Assembly (NCBI RefSeq): GCF_021869535.1
Contig: NW_026262712.1
Location: forward strand, 65,782,001-65,846,000
DNA length: 64,000 bases
Source: Mytilus californianus
Lineage: Eukaryota
Direction of reading: 5' to 3'
The notes under the pieces were generated by a model, which saw nothing but the letters and a program-made list of their open reading frames with translations, had not been told where the DNA came from and searched no databases. The translations under genes were made by a program, and so were the position numbers. Of this stretch, positions 1-13,240 are shown one piece after another (position 1 is the stretch's first letter; every line of letters begins with the position of its first letter).

Positions 1-80
1 CATGTGATTTTCACGTGAAATTCACATAAATTTCACGTGAGATTCACGTGAAATTGATGTAAGTGAAATTTTCCTGTGTA
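1..80. repeat. End of a TCACGTGAAA-repeat element (probable MITE terminus, cut by window edge)
   Basis: Several near-tandem (T)TCAC(G/A)TGAAA motifs ending in TTTTCCTGTGTA. Confidence 0.4.
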
Positions 81-159
81 AATCAAGAAAAGCGAGTAAG
101 ACACACTGCACTTACCAAATGTTTGGTAGTTACATGTACTTCATTGACAATTATACAAA

Positions 160-490
160 AGGGTCTTTATGGGTTTTACAGAATTCAAAATAATGGACAA
201 AAAAACTTAATAAGTAGCTAGAGAAAAATCAGCAAAAAGAAATAAAGAATACAGAATAACGGGGTGCAATATTATGAAGAATAACTGTGGAAATAAAAGA
301 ATTTGGCAATATGATATTCATAACGGAAATGAAGGATGTACAAAATAAAGGAATCATGTTATTACAGATAAATTTAGTAGTAAAGTAATGTTTATGAGAA
401 TTTTACAGAATACTCGTTATTTTTAATGATAAGAAATAATCAAACAAAAAATAAAAGAATACAGAAATGAAGGACCCCCATCCAGACCTT
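160..490. mobile_element. Intronic MITE-like element with imperfect TIRs; related copy at 46183-46349
   Basis: Left AGGGTCTTTATGGG vs right CCCCCATCCAGACCTT; internal AATACAGAA repeats; same ends (AGGGTCTGGATTGGG / CCCCATTCAGACCTT) at 46.2-46.35 kb. Confidence 0.45.
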
Positions 491-529
491 CATATCACAT
501 TTGTTCATTCTATATTGTATTATTTTTAG

Positions 530-694
530 GCAACGACATTTTGCACTCTCTAACATCACGAGGGAAGTATGAAATGCGGATCGATTTATTCGATTTTGAT
601 GGAAACAATGCATTTGCAAAATACAAAGAGTTTAGAATAGGAGACGAAAGTTCGAAGTTCAAACTTACCGCAGATGGATATTATGGCACTGCAG
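530..694 (+). CDS. Fibrinogen-related protein (FReD), penultimate coding exon (upstream exons outside window)
   Basis: TTTTTAG acceptor (528-529), phase-1 exon (G)NDILHSLTSRGKYEMRIDLFDFDGNNAFAKYKEFRIGDESSKFKLTADGYYGTA(G), GT donor at 695; typical fibrinogen C-terminal motifs. Confidence 0.93.
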
Positions 695-2196
695 GTACGG
701 ATTTCATTTTACGATATTTTGAGATTTAGAGTTGGTTAAATTGTATTGGAAGAACACTGGGCTTATACTCGATCTGAAGAATACGAAACATGAATCTTTT
801 TGATAATATAATGTAAATTCTTGATAAAGGTTTTACTTTAAGGTTTGTAATTAACGTAGCAAAAATATTCTTGGATTTAAAAAAAGAAAGGTTAATCATT
901 TAACGGGTTGCATTCTGACATATCGTCCTTCTGAATTTTATACAAACTTATAAAGTGCTATTTTCATCTTCAAAGTTTATTTTTCATTTTCATATACTGC
1001 TCATTTCAAACGTGGTGTACGTTCGGTAATTATTGTTTTTAACGTACATGTTCATTTTATGGGCAAATGTAGTAGTTGAACTGAATAGTCTAAAAACAAC
1101 GAATGTAATTTCCTATAAGTATGAGGAATGCAATGGTGTTCAGATCTGATTGTGTTTCACGGTTCATTTTTTCACCTATCATATGCACACGTTCTCCTTC
1201 ACAACGGAAAGTTTAGCAGTTCATAAAAGATTAATGTGTTTGTGTTTTTTTTTTAAATGCATTATTCTCGTCATCTGTTTTGATATTAAAAAGATGGGGG
1301 AGATTTACTTGAGTACTCCAACACAACAGTAGGGAACCTCATAGGCAATAGTAGTTGACATATGTCATATATTAGTTTTTAGTTTTAAGAGAGATTGGTT
1401 TAATGGCATATCTTTGAATGCGTCTGTTAGCTTTTATAGACTCGTGACAAATTGGAGCTCGGTACATTGTATGAACACCTGACTATGTTTTACGACTGTA
1501 TGTTGACCTCTATAGATGTCATGAATATTTTTGTTGTTTGGCTGCTGACTCATTGACGCATACCTATATTTACTTCAAACAAACCATCGAATGGAAATAT
1601 CAAGATTGAGTAATTCGAACCCCACAAAAATGGGTTGCTTTTAGGCCTACTTAGCTAGAATATATTGAACATGTCAATTGATAGTCTACCAGAAAAACAA
1701 CTGATTTGAAAGGAGAAGCAGCATAACGTACTAATATTGATTAATCTTTATTAGATCTAATTCATGTTACTCCGGAAAATATAGACGACCTTATGAATAG
1801 GATTATAAAACCAACAAAACGGGAAATAGACATTAACAAAAATGCAAAAAATCATTGCAATAGAAAAATTGAATATAAAGTTTATTACTTTCAATTAACA
1901 TCTGTGATAATGTTCTTAAACAAAGTTGAGAGACAAAAGTTAGTAGACGTATACAAGACGATGATCAGCAAACACCAGCGCAATTCTTTACTATCATTTG
2001 TGTTTTGCAATATACTATTTTGTTACCGTTGTTACCAGAATATCCACAGTATATGCCTGACCCCAAACACACCTACATCTGGGGACAGAAAATGGTTGTT
2101 ACATTTCTACAATAATGATGATAACTTCATGTTTACCAATGAATCATTTTCATTTTTAATATAGTTCAATTTTCAATGTGGTATTCGTGTTTTCAG

Positions 2197-2450
2197 GTAA
2201 CAGCTTAGAACATCACAATGGCCATCGTTTCTCAACAAAGGATAATGATAACGATAACCACTCTAGTCACTGTGCTACAGTGTACCCCGGAGCATGGTGG
2301 TTTAATGCCTGTGTAACAGCTGATCTGAATGGTCAGTATTTCCTGAAGACACCGAACGGGTACCATCGAGGCGTTTACTGGCGTAGTTGGAAAGGATCCA
2401 ACTATTCTTTGAAAGGCTCATTGATGATGATGCGAAGAGTGTCAATTTAA
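2197..2450 (+). CDS. Fibrinogen-related protein (FReD), terminal coding exon
   Basis: TTTCAG acceptor (2195-2196), phase matches previous exon; GNSLEHHNGHRFSTKDNDND..CA..YPGAWWFNAC..ADLNG.Y....GVYW.SWKG..YSLK..MMMR then TAA. Confidence 0.95.
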
Positions 2451-2474
2451 GATACACACATAATTAACATTTCA

Positions 2475-2480
2475 AATAAA
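2475..2480 (+). terminator. Candidate polyadenylation signal of FReD gene
   Basis: AATAAA 25 bp after the stop codon. Confidence 0.55.
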
Positions 2481-2609
2481 TAATGAGTATTCAATTTAGA
2501 AGCATGTTGTATTTTTCTTTTTTTGTAACACAACGCATCAGTGAATCAAGAGGACTTGAGATTAGTTTCTTAAAGTAGACGTCAGTTTCATTTTATAGAG
2601 AGAGAGTTT

Positions 2610-2910
2610 TAACTAATGACTGTTAGTCCCCGGGTGTATTACAATGTACCATCCTAGCAGCTATCACTTCGGTTCTGGTATGAAAATACGGAAACTATTC
2701 TTTTTAAATTTGCTGTTATAAAATTTCGAAATCATTTTGAATTAAAGAATGTATCTCCCTCATGCATAGCTCGGATTACTTTTCCGGGTTTGGTTTTACT
2801 TTTGGTTCTATTTAGTGTTATCAGCACTTCAAAGACGTTTGTATTAGGTTTTGGACTTTCAAATGTTGAAGAGAGATCAAATGCCGTATTCTGGTGCAAT
2901 GAAATAGGTA
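2610..2910 (+). repeat. Degenerate monomer of a hammerhead-bearing (retrozyme-like) repeat family
   Basis: Ends TTGAAGAGAGATCAAATGCCGTATTCTGGTGCAATGAAATAGGTA, a decayed version of the motif at 46845-46910. Confidence 0.4.
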
Positions 2911-3049
2911 AATATTTTTTATGGAAATATTCTTTATAAAGCACAAAAATGTCAGTATTCACCTCTGAAGCTAACAAAACCTTTAAATAGACTTATTAAG
3001 AAAGGATATAGTTACGATACTGTTGTCAGGTCATTAAAGATTGCATATT

Positions 3050-3738
3050 TTGGCGTTAATATTGATTCACTTATAGGGTCTTTGCATCGGCACTAAACAC
3101 ATTTATTTAAAAACCAGTTGTTGGCATGACACGGGTTATGTTCTTCTCATATATGTTATGATGGTATGATACTAAACCCCTAACGGGAAGGATTGTGCCT
3201 GATATTCATATGATGAAGACATAATCTTTCAATCAGTTTAATTGAAGTCTGGAGCTGGCATGTCAGTTAACTGCTAGTAGTCTGTTGTTATTTATGTATT
3301 ATTGTCATTTTGTTTATTTTCTTTGGTTACATCTTCTGACATCAGACTCGGGCTTCTCTTGAACTGAATTTTAATGTGCGTATTGTTATGCGTTTACTTT
3401 TCTACATTGGCTAGAGGCATAGGAGGAGGGTTGAGATCTCATAAACATGTTTAACCCCGCCGCATTTTTGCGCCTGTCCCAAGTCAGGAGCCTCTAGCCT
3501 TTGTTAGTCTTGTATTATTTTTAATTTTAGTTTCTTGTGTACAATTTGGAGTTTAGTATGGCGTTCATTATCACTGAACTAGTATATATATTTGTTTAGG
3601 GGCCAGCTGAAGGACGCCTCCGGGTGCGGGAATTACTCGCTGCATTGAAGACCTGTTGGTGACCTTCTGCTGTTGTCTGTTCTATGGTCGGGTTGTTGTC
3701 TCTTTGACACATTCCCCATTTCCATTGTCAATTTTAAT
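3050..3738. mobile_element. Abundant interspersed non-autonomous element (Helitron/Helentron-associated type suspected); partial near-identical copy at 6950-7192
   Basis: 3492-3735 matches 6950-7192 almost base for base (CTCTAGCCTTTGTTAGTC...GACACATTCCCCATTTCCATT); terminus recurs at 44345-44410. Confidence 0.6.
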
Positions 3739-4334
3739 GTTATTATTTGCTATTAGAGCGCTGACAAATTCAAGACAACTGACCAGACGGGCATAAATGA
3801 AAAGAAAGAATAGACACACAATTGTATATATATATATATTACTTGACTCTTACAGTTTTAAGGATTCTTTTGGATTTTTTTGAATTTTACTAGTTTAAAT
3901 ACCAGGGTTCTTTTCATTTGGTAGGGATGTACAAGTACGCATCCACGTCCAATTTTTTAACCTTAGCCCAAATTTACTATTATTTTTTCTTTTCATTATA
4001 AAACTACTATTTATTTGGGAAGATAAATACGCAGCCTCTGTTTGACATATTTTACCAGCTTATATCGATCAGTGCTGTTTTTTTGGGAATGTATTTACAC
4101 GCAGTTGTTGTAACATCTTAACTGACGTCATTTTGGAATTTAAGAGTTGTGCCATTTCATATCTCTAATTACTATTTCATTTTAGGCATGTCTTTGAGTC
4201 TTTTTTTGGAAATTTTAAAAATTTATTAGCGTCTCTACATATGATGTTCGGGTGAAACTGTTTCACTTTTTTTTATTGTATAGAATTCAAGATTGCTATA
4301 GTTTAATAATCAGAATAGATTGATCTGATTCAGT

Positions 4335-4450
4335 TTACATCGTGCTCATACTGATGAAGGATATCTGTTATCCGAAATATTTATAGTTACATTTGTTCGT
4401 TTATTGTCATTTTTGGTGATGTTGTACCCTTTTAGACTGGTTATATATTA
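4335..4450 (+). mobile_element. Solo Penelope-like terminal segment with hammerhead-like motif
   Basis: CTGATGA-A-GGATA-tctgt-TATCC-GAAA-TATT at 4351-4381; homologous to 22085-22180 at the 3' end of the Penelope relic. Confidence 0.55.
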
Positions 4451-4523
4451 TATTTTGTAGTGTACTGTATCATACTTATATGATCCATTGCCCCGTAAGA
4501 TTTATCGTTGGCTATTATTCAGT

Positions 4524-4526
<3 letters not shown>

Positions 4527-4556
<30 letters not shown>
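4527..4556. repeat. (TA)n microsatellite
   Basis: Direct sequence. Confidence 0.95.
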
Positions 4557-4559
<3 letters not shown>

Positions 4560-4560
<1 letters not shown>

Positions 4561-4790
4561 ATTACTCTAATTCGAACTCTTGCTATTGGGATATCGAAAC
4601 AACACCACCTGCACTGTGTCCAGCGCTCTAGACCACTCGGCCACCTAGACTGAACTAAAAATTCAGCTTTCGGTGGCCTTGTGTTACCTTTCCTCGTCAG
4701 TAGAATCCAGAGTTGTAACACAGTACATGATATATTAGGCATGAAGATGGAATTGATTGCAGATATTATATACATTTTATATAGATTAGA
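4560..4790 (-). repeat. tRNA-derived (Pol III A/B box) repeat, same family as 14060-14700
   Basis: Minus strand GTCTAGGTGGCCGAGTGGTCTAGAGCG (A box) ... GAGTTCGAAT (B box). Confidence 0.65.
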
Positions 4791-4975
4791 CCGTTGGTTT
4801 TTCTGTTTGAATGGTTTTAAACTAGTTATTTTGGGGCCCTTTATAGCTTGCTGTTCGGTGTGAGCCAATGCTCCGTGTTGAAGGCCGTACTTTGACCTAT
4901 AATGGTTTACTTTTACAAATTGTGACTTGGATGGAGAGTTGTCTCATTGGCACTCATACCACATCTTCTTATATC
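4790..4975. repeat. Common interspersed repeat; copies at 11820-12140, 42270-42640 (inverted), 45600-45860, 47605-47660
   Basis: Shared GAAGGCCGT...GACCTATA...GAGAGTTGTCTCATTGGCACTCATACCACATCTT terminus. Confidence 0.7.
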
Positions 4976-5554
4976 TATATATATATATATATTTATAGTA
5001 ATCTTAGTAAGAGACAATGCTATTCTAGACATTTGACACTTAAGTTTGATTTCATTTTCATGGTTGTATGCGCATCAGAAGGTTTCCCCTAATCAATTTA
5101 TAGACATAAGGACAGCTACGAAGACCTATTTGATCGTATAGTGCATAAGATCTGTAAAACTACACAGTTTCGTTTTATTCTTAATTATAACAATGATAAA
5201 GAAGGAGACATGCCAATGTTTAAATCACTTTCCCCGTTCAAATGTTGCTGTGAATCTTTCATTTTGCATAAATGACCTATTAAAAAGGGTTGTAATAACA
5301 CCTTTTTTGTTCAATCATCTCGTTTGGTTTTATTTCAAGGACATTAACTCGTTCATTTTAGCAAGACTATAAGGGTCTGTATATTTTTTCATGACTGGAA
5401 TTTTTTAAAAGCGTAATCAATAATACGTTTTTTTTTTACTATGGTCGTATATACATATATATATATGTACCAATGAACCTGAAAAAAAAAGGATACTACA
5501 AGTACAGTTACTTGTGCTTCATATCTTGACTTACATCTAGAATGTGCCAGTGAC

Positions 5555-6120
5555 GATCGGTTTAAAACTAAACTTTGCACTTTGCGAAAGAAGGGATTAT
5601 TGGAATTTTCTTATTGCAAGCTTTCCATTTTTTGTAGCAATATTCTAGCAGTACACGCTTATAGAGTATATATCTCTCAGCTTATATGATATTTCAGAAC
5701 GTGCGTTTCGAATCATGATTTACTTGATAAAGGGTTGCTACTAAAAAGGAAACTTGAACTTTTGATCCCGTTAAAAGCTTTTACGGACACCTTCATAATT
5801 TGGTTTATTATTATCACGGGTATGTTCCCATTGTAGAAGCCTCAGTTCCACTCTCTTTACTCAATTTTGACATCACAGAATGCAACTTGTGTTCTGAATT
5901 TCACTAGCTATGGACACAACGACGAGAATTACTAGTAGAGCGGGAATCTCTATCCTTTCGGAGCACCTGAACACACTCCAAATAATGTTGTTATAGTTTG
6001 TGTCGTTCTATGCGTAGTTTTCTGTGTAGTATTTTGTCCAATTGGTCTTTTTGGCGTTTCGCTTAGGCAATTGTTTTGTCTGGTTTCTATCGATGTTATT
6101 AAAATCTGTATTCTTCTTTT
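5555..6120 (+). pseudogene. Penelope-like element relic (RT C-terminus, Naiad-like) plus 3' tail
   Basis: Decayed KRDYWNFLIASFPF..SNILAVHAYRVYISQLI*YFRTC..HDLLDKGLLLKRKL, resembling the PLE motif KRDDFNF.IVNFPFL.SNIP...AYGVYISQLIRY.RAC; tail CTTTCGGAGCACCTGA recurs inverted at 45030-45110. Confidence 0.7.
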
Positions 6121-7291
6121 CATCACTACATTGTGCATCTCAATTCAGTCCTAGAAAGTACCCCGGTGTATAGAAGTTGTTGTCAGTTTCAACGTCTGAA
6201 GGATTCGTGTCTTGCAGTTATTTACATTCGATTAATATGTTTGAGCCTTTGATTTTGCCATTTGATAATGGACTTTCTGTTTTAAATTTTCCTTGGAGTT
6301 CAGCATTTTTGCTATTTTACTTTTTAGCAAGGGTTGTCTGTTTGGCTCATCATGAAATATACGTACCTACGTCCGACGGAATTGGAAACAATAATTTCAA
6401 AGCCTCTTTAAGTGATATATCACACTATCTACACATCAAAGCACCCTTGTATCAACTTTAATAGGGTTTTATATGTGGTCTGTTTCACTCAAGTCGTTTT
6501 GTTTTATTAGCTCTTCAATATTTGTATTACGTTTTGGACATCACTCAATAAGAAATTGACGTTTAGTGCAATAAAATAGGTACCGTTAATGTTATTAAAC
6601 AACATTTTAGAAACCCGAAGTTGACGTATAAAATACTACATGAAATTCAAGACTGGGTAACAGGAACCCCACCAAAAATTGGATGATCCAAGGTCCTCCT
6701 GATGGATACCCGTATCCTGCTCCACTAATCCGTCATGTTATTCATGGTTATTACAAATTCGGTGGTAACGGTCAACCAACACGAGATTTAAAGTGTTTTT
6801 TTTTTTTTTCTTTCTTCGCCGATTAAACACAATACTTTAGAGTAAAATTAAAACTGGCCAGCTCGAAGCTATCAATAGTTTGTCTCCTGTTGAACCTTGG
6901 TAATAAAAATTGGGGGTTATCTTGTCAGTATATTAGTACAAAGAGGGTTCTCTAGCCTTTGTTAGTCTTGTATTATTTTTAATTTTAGTTTCTTGTGTAC
7001 AATTTGGAGTTTAGTATGGCGTTCATTATCACTGAACTAGTATATATATTGTTTAGGGGCCAGCTGAAGGACGCCTCCGGATGCGGGAATTTCTCGCTGC
7101 ATTGAAGACCTGTTGGTGACCTTCTGCTGTTGTCTGTTCTATGGTCGGGTTGTTGTCTCTTTGACACATTCCCCATTTCCATTCTCAATTTTATTCATTA
7201 TATCAATAGTATGCTACCACCTTGAATTTTGTTAAAGGATGACCATTTGAACATCAATCATTAATCCACGCATCACAAATATATATATATG

Positions 7292-7492
7292 TTAGACTCA
7301 GATCGACGTCCGGTCTCTAATCGACGTCCTGTCTCTCATCGATGTCCGTTCCTTAAATTGACGTCCAAATCTGACGTCAGGTTCTCAAAACAGTGTCCAA
7401 TATTTTTACCCTCTAATCGACGTCCAATGTGACGTCATGTATTGCCAAAACGACGTCCGACCGATTAAAGTCTTCTCTAATCGATGTCCAAT
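7292..7492. repeat. Cluster of GACGTC palindromes (likely transposon subterminal repeats)
   Basis: About nine GA(C/T)GTC motifs in 200 bp. Confidence 0.5.
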
Positions 7493-8574
7493 ATCAATAA
7501 ATAATAAATTACTGCAAGTATAGATGTACATGTATAAGACTTCGATTGATTCTGGAACATTCAAATACGGAATAAAAGATTAATTTTGGTCTGTTTTGAA
7601 GGGCTCTTATAACAACTCAATTTCCAAACAGTTACAGACGTTCTATAGTGATTTTTTTAAATCGTAAAAGAAATTGACAAATTTATGTTACCAAATTGCT
7701 CGTTATATCTTCAGGATATAGAGAATAATTTTGACCGAAGGAATCCGGAGACTCCATATCAGAGTTATTTCCCCTTATGCATTTGATATGCAAGTCATAG
7801 AGACCTAGGATGTTTTGATTCGAAGATCATTGTTCCATCAAAATGAAAACTAGGTCAAGGTTAAAGGTTAACCGGAAGTGAACTTTTGTAAACCAGAAGT
7901 TGTCATGTTTGCATTATTTTCATTTTAAAGTTACTAGAACGTTATATTTTTTGAATCAGTGTGAAATAAAGTTTCAATTAAAACGGATGTGAAATTGTGT
8001 AAACCGGAAGTACCTACTTATTTCCCTCTTTTAGCAAAAGTATAAAGAAACCATATATTTTTAAAAACAGAATAGGTTAAGCTATTTTCTAACACCAGAC
8101 TTGATATTTTGAAACAAAAAGTGAATATTTTTCAATCAAAATATGTGCATTTGCGGTGGAAAGACCATGTTCTCTGAACAATTGGTTTTAAATTATACAT
8201 TCGTTTCTTTTCCACCGTCGAGATAAGTAGTTTGATATAAATACATGCAATTAATTAAATCCAAACTTCAAAAGAAAGTGGGCTAATATCCATTAGAGAA
8301 AACATGAATAATATATAATACAAAGACAGCTTTAAAATGAAAATAACACTTTATACATTGTATGCGACCGAAGTGCATTTTCTAGATTTACCTTCACTGG
8401 GAACGGTCAAAGCCAAAACATTAATTTCATTAATATACTTCACTTTCTGTGAATATGCCTCATTCGAGGATTGATTTTGTTTGCTTTAAAACGTCCAGTG
8501 TCAAATATTTCATGCATATCAAGCCCGATAACAAATTAATACCATAGGTATGTTCTGTAAGTTTCGTTGACAAG

Positions 8575-8800
8575 CATTAAAGGCGGGAAAGACTGCCACT
8601 GCACAATTAGGCTATTTCAGATAAGTATAAAAATTTTGTCTTGCAACATGCCACCTACTGACCCCTCGGCGAGTTGTTTCAATGATTTTATAATAAGTAG
8701 AGAGCGTAGTACTCTCCCTACTCGAGACGGACGTGGCTGCGAATTTGTACATTCCGAAAAAAAAACAAATGGACGCTCCACTTAAGCAAGGGTTTAACTG
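8575..8800 (-). mobile_element. SINE-like repeat related to 42690-42890
   Basis: Shared ACGTGGCTGC(G/A)AA(T/C)TTGTACAT...ATGGACG. Confidence 0.45.
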
Positions 8801-9214
8801 CAAAATGTACCAAGTTACAATAATTGTTTTGACAAAACCCAATTTCAGGGTTTTACCATTTGGTTTCATACATGTAGTAGATAATACACTAGAATAAAAC
8901 CAAAAGAAATATATATGATTTTCTAGTCACTCTTCTAAAAAAATATCTTATTATATACCTAAGACGATCGAATTTAATAAGGACAAATATTATTATACAA
9001 ACACATTATTACATATGGTGTAGCATTTTTCTTCTTTTTTTTTCATTGGTTATTACTATCATGTGATGCAACGGGTATTTCATGTATCTGAAGCCTTGGA
9101 GTCTATCTTTAGATATATGGACGCTATGTTTCTATTTAATCTTAAAAATCTTGCAAATGTAAAATACACAGACTATTTCCATAATACAATATTTACATAG
9201 TTTATGAAATATAA

Positions 9215-9385
9215 AATTAAGGACTTTCACTAGGTCAATACGTTATATTTGGACCTGTTAGATTTTATTGACACTCGGACTCCGTCCTCGGTCAATACAA
9301 TCTGAACAGGTCCATATCCGTCCTCGGTCAATATAATCTGAACAGGTCCATATATAACGTATTGAAATCGTCAAAGTCCATAATT
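9215..9385. repeat. Foldback (palindromic) MITE-like element with internal ~31-bp duplication
   Basis: ~65-bp imperfect inverted arms AATTAAGGACTTT..CAATACGTTATAT.TGGACCTGTT / AACAGGTCCATATATAACGTATTGA..AAAGTCCATAATT. Confidence 0.75.
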
Positions 9386-12300
9386 GATAACTATTGCATT
9401 AAATTACAAATTGAAATGAAAAAGTCTCATTCATTGTTATCCTCATCAAAACAGATGTCTTCAGTAATTTGTCTGAATTTATCATGTGGTCACATTCGAA
9501 GAAATGCTTTAGTGGTTAGAATGACTTACTAAAATGATGACTATGCTTGTGCTAAGGTGGTAATAGATAACGAGTTATTGTATAATCAACCTACTTGGCA
9601 AACACCTATTTGTTATGATAAGATACTCTAAGTGGTAATATAATACTCAAATTCCGTAAATAACTAGATGATATGTATCACCAGTCGTATATATATCATG
9701 ATTGTAGTCTATATAGAAGGTTTCACAGTTCTTAGATTCTAGTAATTTGAAAATCACAAGCCCAAACGGTAATGTTTCGGGTAGGTATTATTTATTTTAC
9801 CTTTCTAATATTGTGTGCTGTTACAGCGTACTTATTGTTGATACCTTTGCAATCATACTCATTGTTAATGTATATTTACGGTACGTTCCTTTAAGGTTCA
9901 GATTGTCTCCGTTAGCAATGACGAATCCTATTGTCTGTATTTGACGCCATTATAGAATTTTGACAAAGCTAGATTTTCCTATTCTAGAAAATGGTATGTT
10001 GGTTAATCTTAACGCAATGTAAGTTTATGAAACAAATAAGAGAATCATGCAATAGCTTTATTGAAAGAAATCCCTTTTGGAAGTGACTTCCTCGGTTCAA
10101 ATACGGCAGCTTGTCCGGTTGGAAAGGAAAATTTATATCGAGAGAGTAGTTTATGTTTTTATCAAATACTTCAACACTTAATGACAAAATAATTTCCATT
10201 TAATCAATTTATTTCATATTAAAGAACTCCTAACGATAGTCCGTTAATCTGTCTATTCGTTGATCCGTGTGTTCTGTATCAGGTTAAAGCTTTGGTTTAA
10301 GGAATTTTGCCATGGTATTATGGTCAGATCAACTTGAACTCGATACGTAAGTTCATTATGTGGTGAACTTACTATAATAATAATGCCAATTTGGGGTTTG
10401 GACCAATGTTTTGCGGTTCTCTGAACAAAGAAATGTAAAGGTGCGAGTAGGGCAGTATGTCCTTTTGACACACATTTTTGTTAGTTATATTGGATCGTTG
10501 CCATCGCTAGATGACATTGTATATCTATGATCAGATCATTTTCTGAAATTTAGTTTTAACAAAATGATGAATTATTTGAAAAACTAAGAATGCGGAGATA
10601 GATAGGTTCAGTAAGATTTGTTAAACAAAATTGGGTGATTTGGTTTTCAGTGCGTTTTAACTTTGTATTTGTACTTAGTTTGTATCATAACATATTAGCA
10701 TAGAAATGAGCAAAAAGTAACAAATTTCCATTTCTTATAGCTTCTGTATGCATTTTTATATGTAAATATGTGATACGGCCTAAATTGACTCTAAACGAAA
10801 ATCAGTTTTACATGGCCTTAGACCATTTTATACTCATGTGATATGTTATTTGTAACTTTTCTTTCCATTTGAAGTACATTCAATTTATATGGAAGAACAA
10901 TTTATGGTGAAAAAACTTCAAAAACTTCAAATTGGTTGAAATATATATATTTTGTTGAAAAACGATCTCGACGCGATTTACTATTTTTCAAGCCAACAAA
11001 ATTTATAATTTTTAAAAAATATTTTTGGCTTCACAGACTTCACATAGAAGTCGTGTTTTTTTTTCGATCATTGATAATAATCGCATGTTTACTTTATTTC
11101 TTTTTAAACATTCTATGATACTCTTTATGTTGGCACACATTCTTATTTTACATTCAAAAATAACATTATGATGGGTTTTTTCTAACAAAAACAAAGGTCA
11201 TAACAAAATGACACCCAACACAAATGTAAGTGATGTAAGTTGTATCAAATGTAGTTATTATTGAATGAACCAGGACATGATCTTAAATATTTTAAAATAT
11301 TTGCTATTGTTTAAACCAAGGCAGATAATAATGTGCTTGGAGCGATGATACTGTCAGTTTTTTTCCAAAAATAAACATAAATATAATAACAAAAATTTAT
11401 CAAAACATTGTTATTTTATCTATGACATGGTGATAACTGATACTACGATAAGCAATAACATTCTTAAATATTTAAGATGTTTTGTTTCATGATCAGTAGA
11501 AATACATTGTATTATTATTTTTCTATATATGATTTCATACACGTTGGTGACCGTTTAAGAGATAGCACTGCGGTAATTGGTAAGTCAGAATTATTCTTAC
11601 TTCTTAAATTTAAGTTGTAATCTTTCACTATTTTATTATGATAAATTACGCTTGAAATAGTACGCTTGTAGCTGTGCTTACAAGAAAATGTATATCATTA
11701 TTTAAACAACAATATTATGTACTAAACAACAAAAGAACGCACCATTCAATTAGTTTCATTCGTGTGTTCTTATGTTGTACTGTTACACCACTGTCCCATG
11801 CTAGGGAGAGGGTTTGGCGACAGCAAACATGTCTAACCAGGCCAAATTTTGTATGTGTCTGACCAAAGTCAGGAGCCTGTAATTTAATGGTTGTCGCTTG
11901 TTGTTTTATATCATATTTGTGTTTCGTTTATTACTTTGTACATACATTAGGCTGTTAGTTTTCTCGTCTGAATTGTTTTAAATTTTCATTTCGGGTCCTT
12001 TTATAGCTTACTGTGCGGTATTGGTTTTGCTCATTATTGAAGGCCGTTCGGTGACATATAATTGTTCACTTCTACGTCATTTGGTACAATGTAACTGGTA
12101 CAAAATTGACTCATTGGCAATCTTACCACATCTTTTTATTTTTATACTCAAGCTTTCTACTTGGATGAATTATTCTTCGAATAATAATTTGAAATTTCTT
12201 TATATTAAGCAGATAATTACTATTAAATTACGTTTCTGATTCAACAATTTCAAAAACTTTTGAATGTCAATTATTGACTCCGTGAACTAATGAAAACATT

Positions 12301-13240
12301 AAATAATTAAATTGACTGGTTGACCCTTGTTAAAATTCTTTCCAACATCCAAGATTGCGTATTTATCATAAGGTCTTAGAGGGAAAACTGGTATAATCTG
12401 ACAGGAATAACTACTATCGGTTATATACCAGTGATTATTAATTATTTTGAGTATGTGTAAAGCAAAAAAGGAAGAAATACATAGGTATATCACGAATTGT
12501 GTCCGTACACAACGAAACCGAAAGGACGATAATTGTGGTCTTGGACCTGAAAAGGAGTGTAAACTTTATGTAGGTTGTAATAATTTCCTGATATCAGATC
12601 AACTTTAGAAAAATGATGTCAGCAAAAAGTAGTCAGCCAATTAAAATAAGCAATTCATATATATTCAACAAATATTTCTTTATAATCTATTGCATTGCAA
12701 ACAAAATTTAAAAGTCCTTTTTTGACATTTTTCAACAACACATTATCCCGAATTGAAAAAAGCTATTATGGGTCAGTAATTCTTGGTCTCGTTCAGTAAA
12801 ATGAAATATTCCTATGTATACTTGTTTCTTTATTGCCATATTGAAATTCAAAATTCAAAAATAAAAAAAATTATATTATACATATATATAATATGTGTTT
12901 TCAGCCATGTATCACATTGACTGGTGATCCAATAGATTGATCTGTCGTAGAGTTGTCACTTGTTTACATGTACTTATGAAAATAATTATTTCTGATGGAT
13001 GAGCAGTTAGCAGCCGGTTCGTTATTCGATATTCGATATTCAATATCCAACCGGCTGCTAGCAGTCGGTTCGATATTCAAATTTAGTTGAAAATCATAAA
13101 AAATATAATATTTGATAACATTAAAAGCATGATTTTTATAGTTGAAAGAAGTGAAAAGAAACGTAGGAAATCGTTTTATGACCCCTTCAAGTTGTCTTAA
13201 ACTCTCGTTATCCTCAAATATAAACCCTTATCAATGCTTA

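Noticed and set aside
9837-9891. Possible small hydrophobic exon (AG|..YLLLIPLQSYSLLMYIY|GT)
   Set aside because: No partner exons or homology; such patterns arise by chance in AT-rich DNA.
9960-12560. Coding-like decayed stretches near 10.0-10.5 kb and 12.3-12.55 kb
   Set aside because: Many stops and no motif I recognise; needs a translated search.
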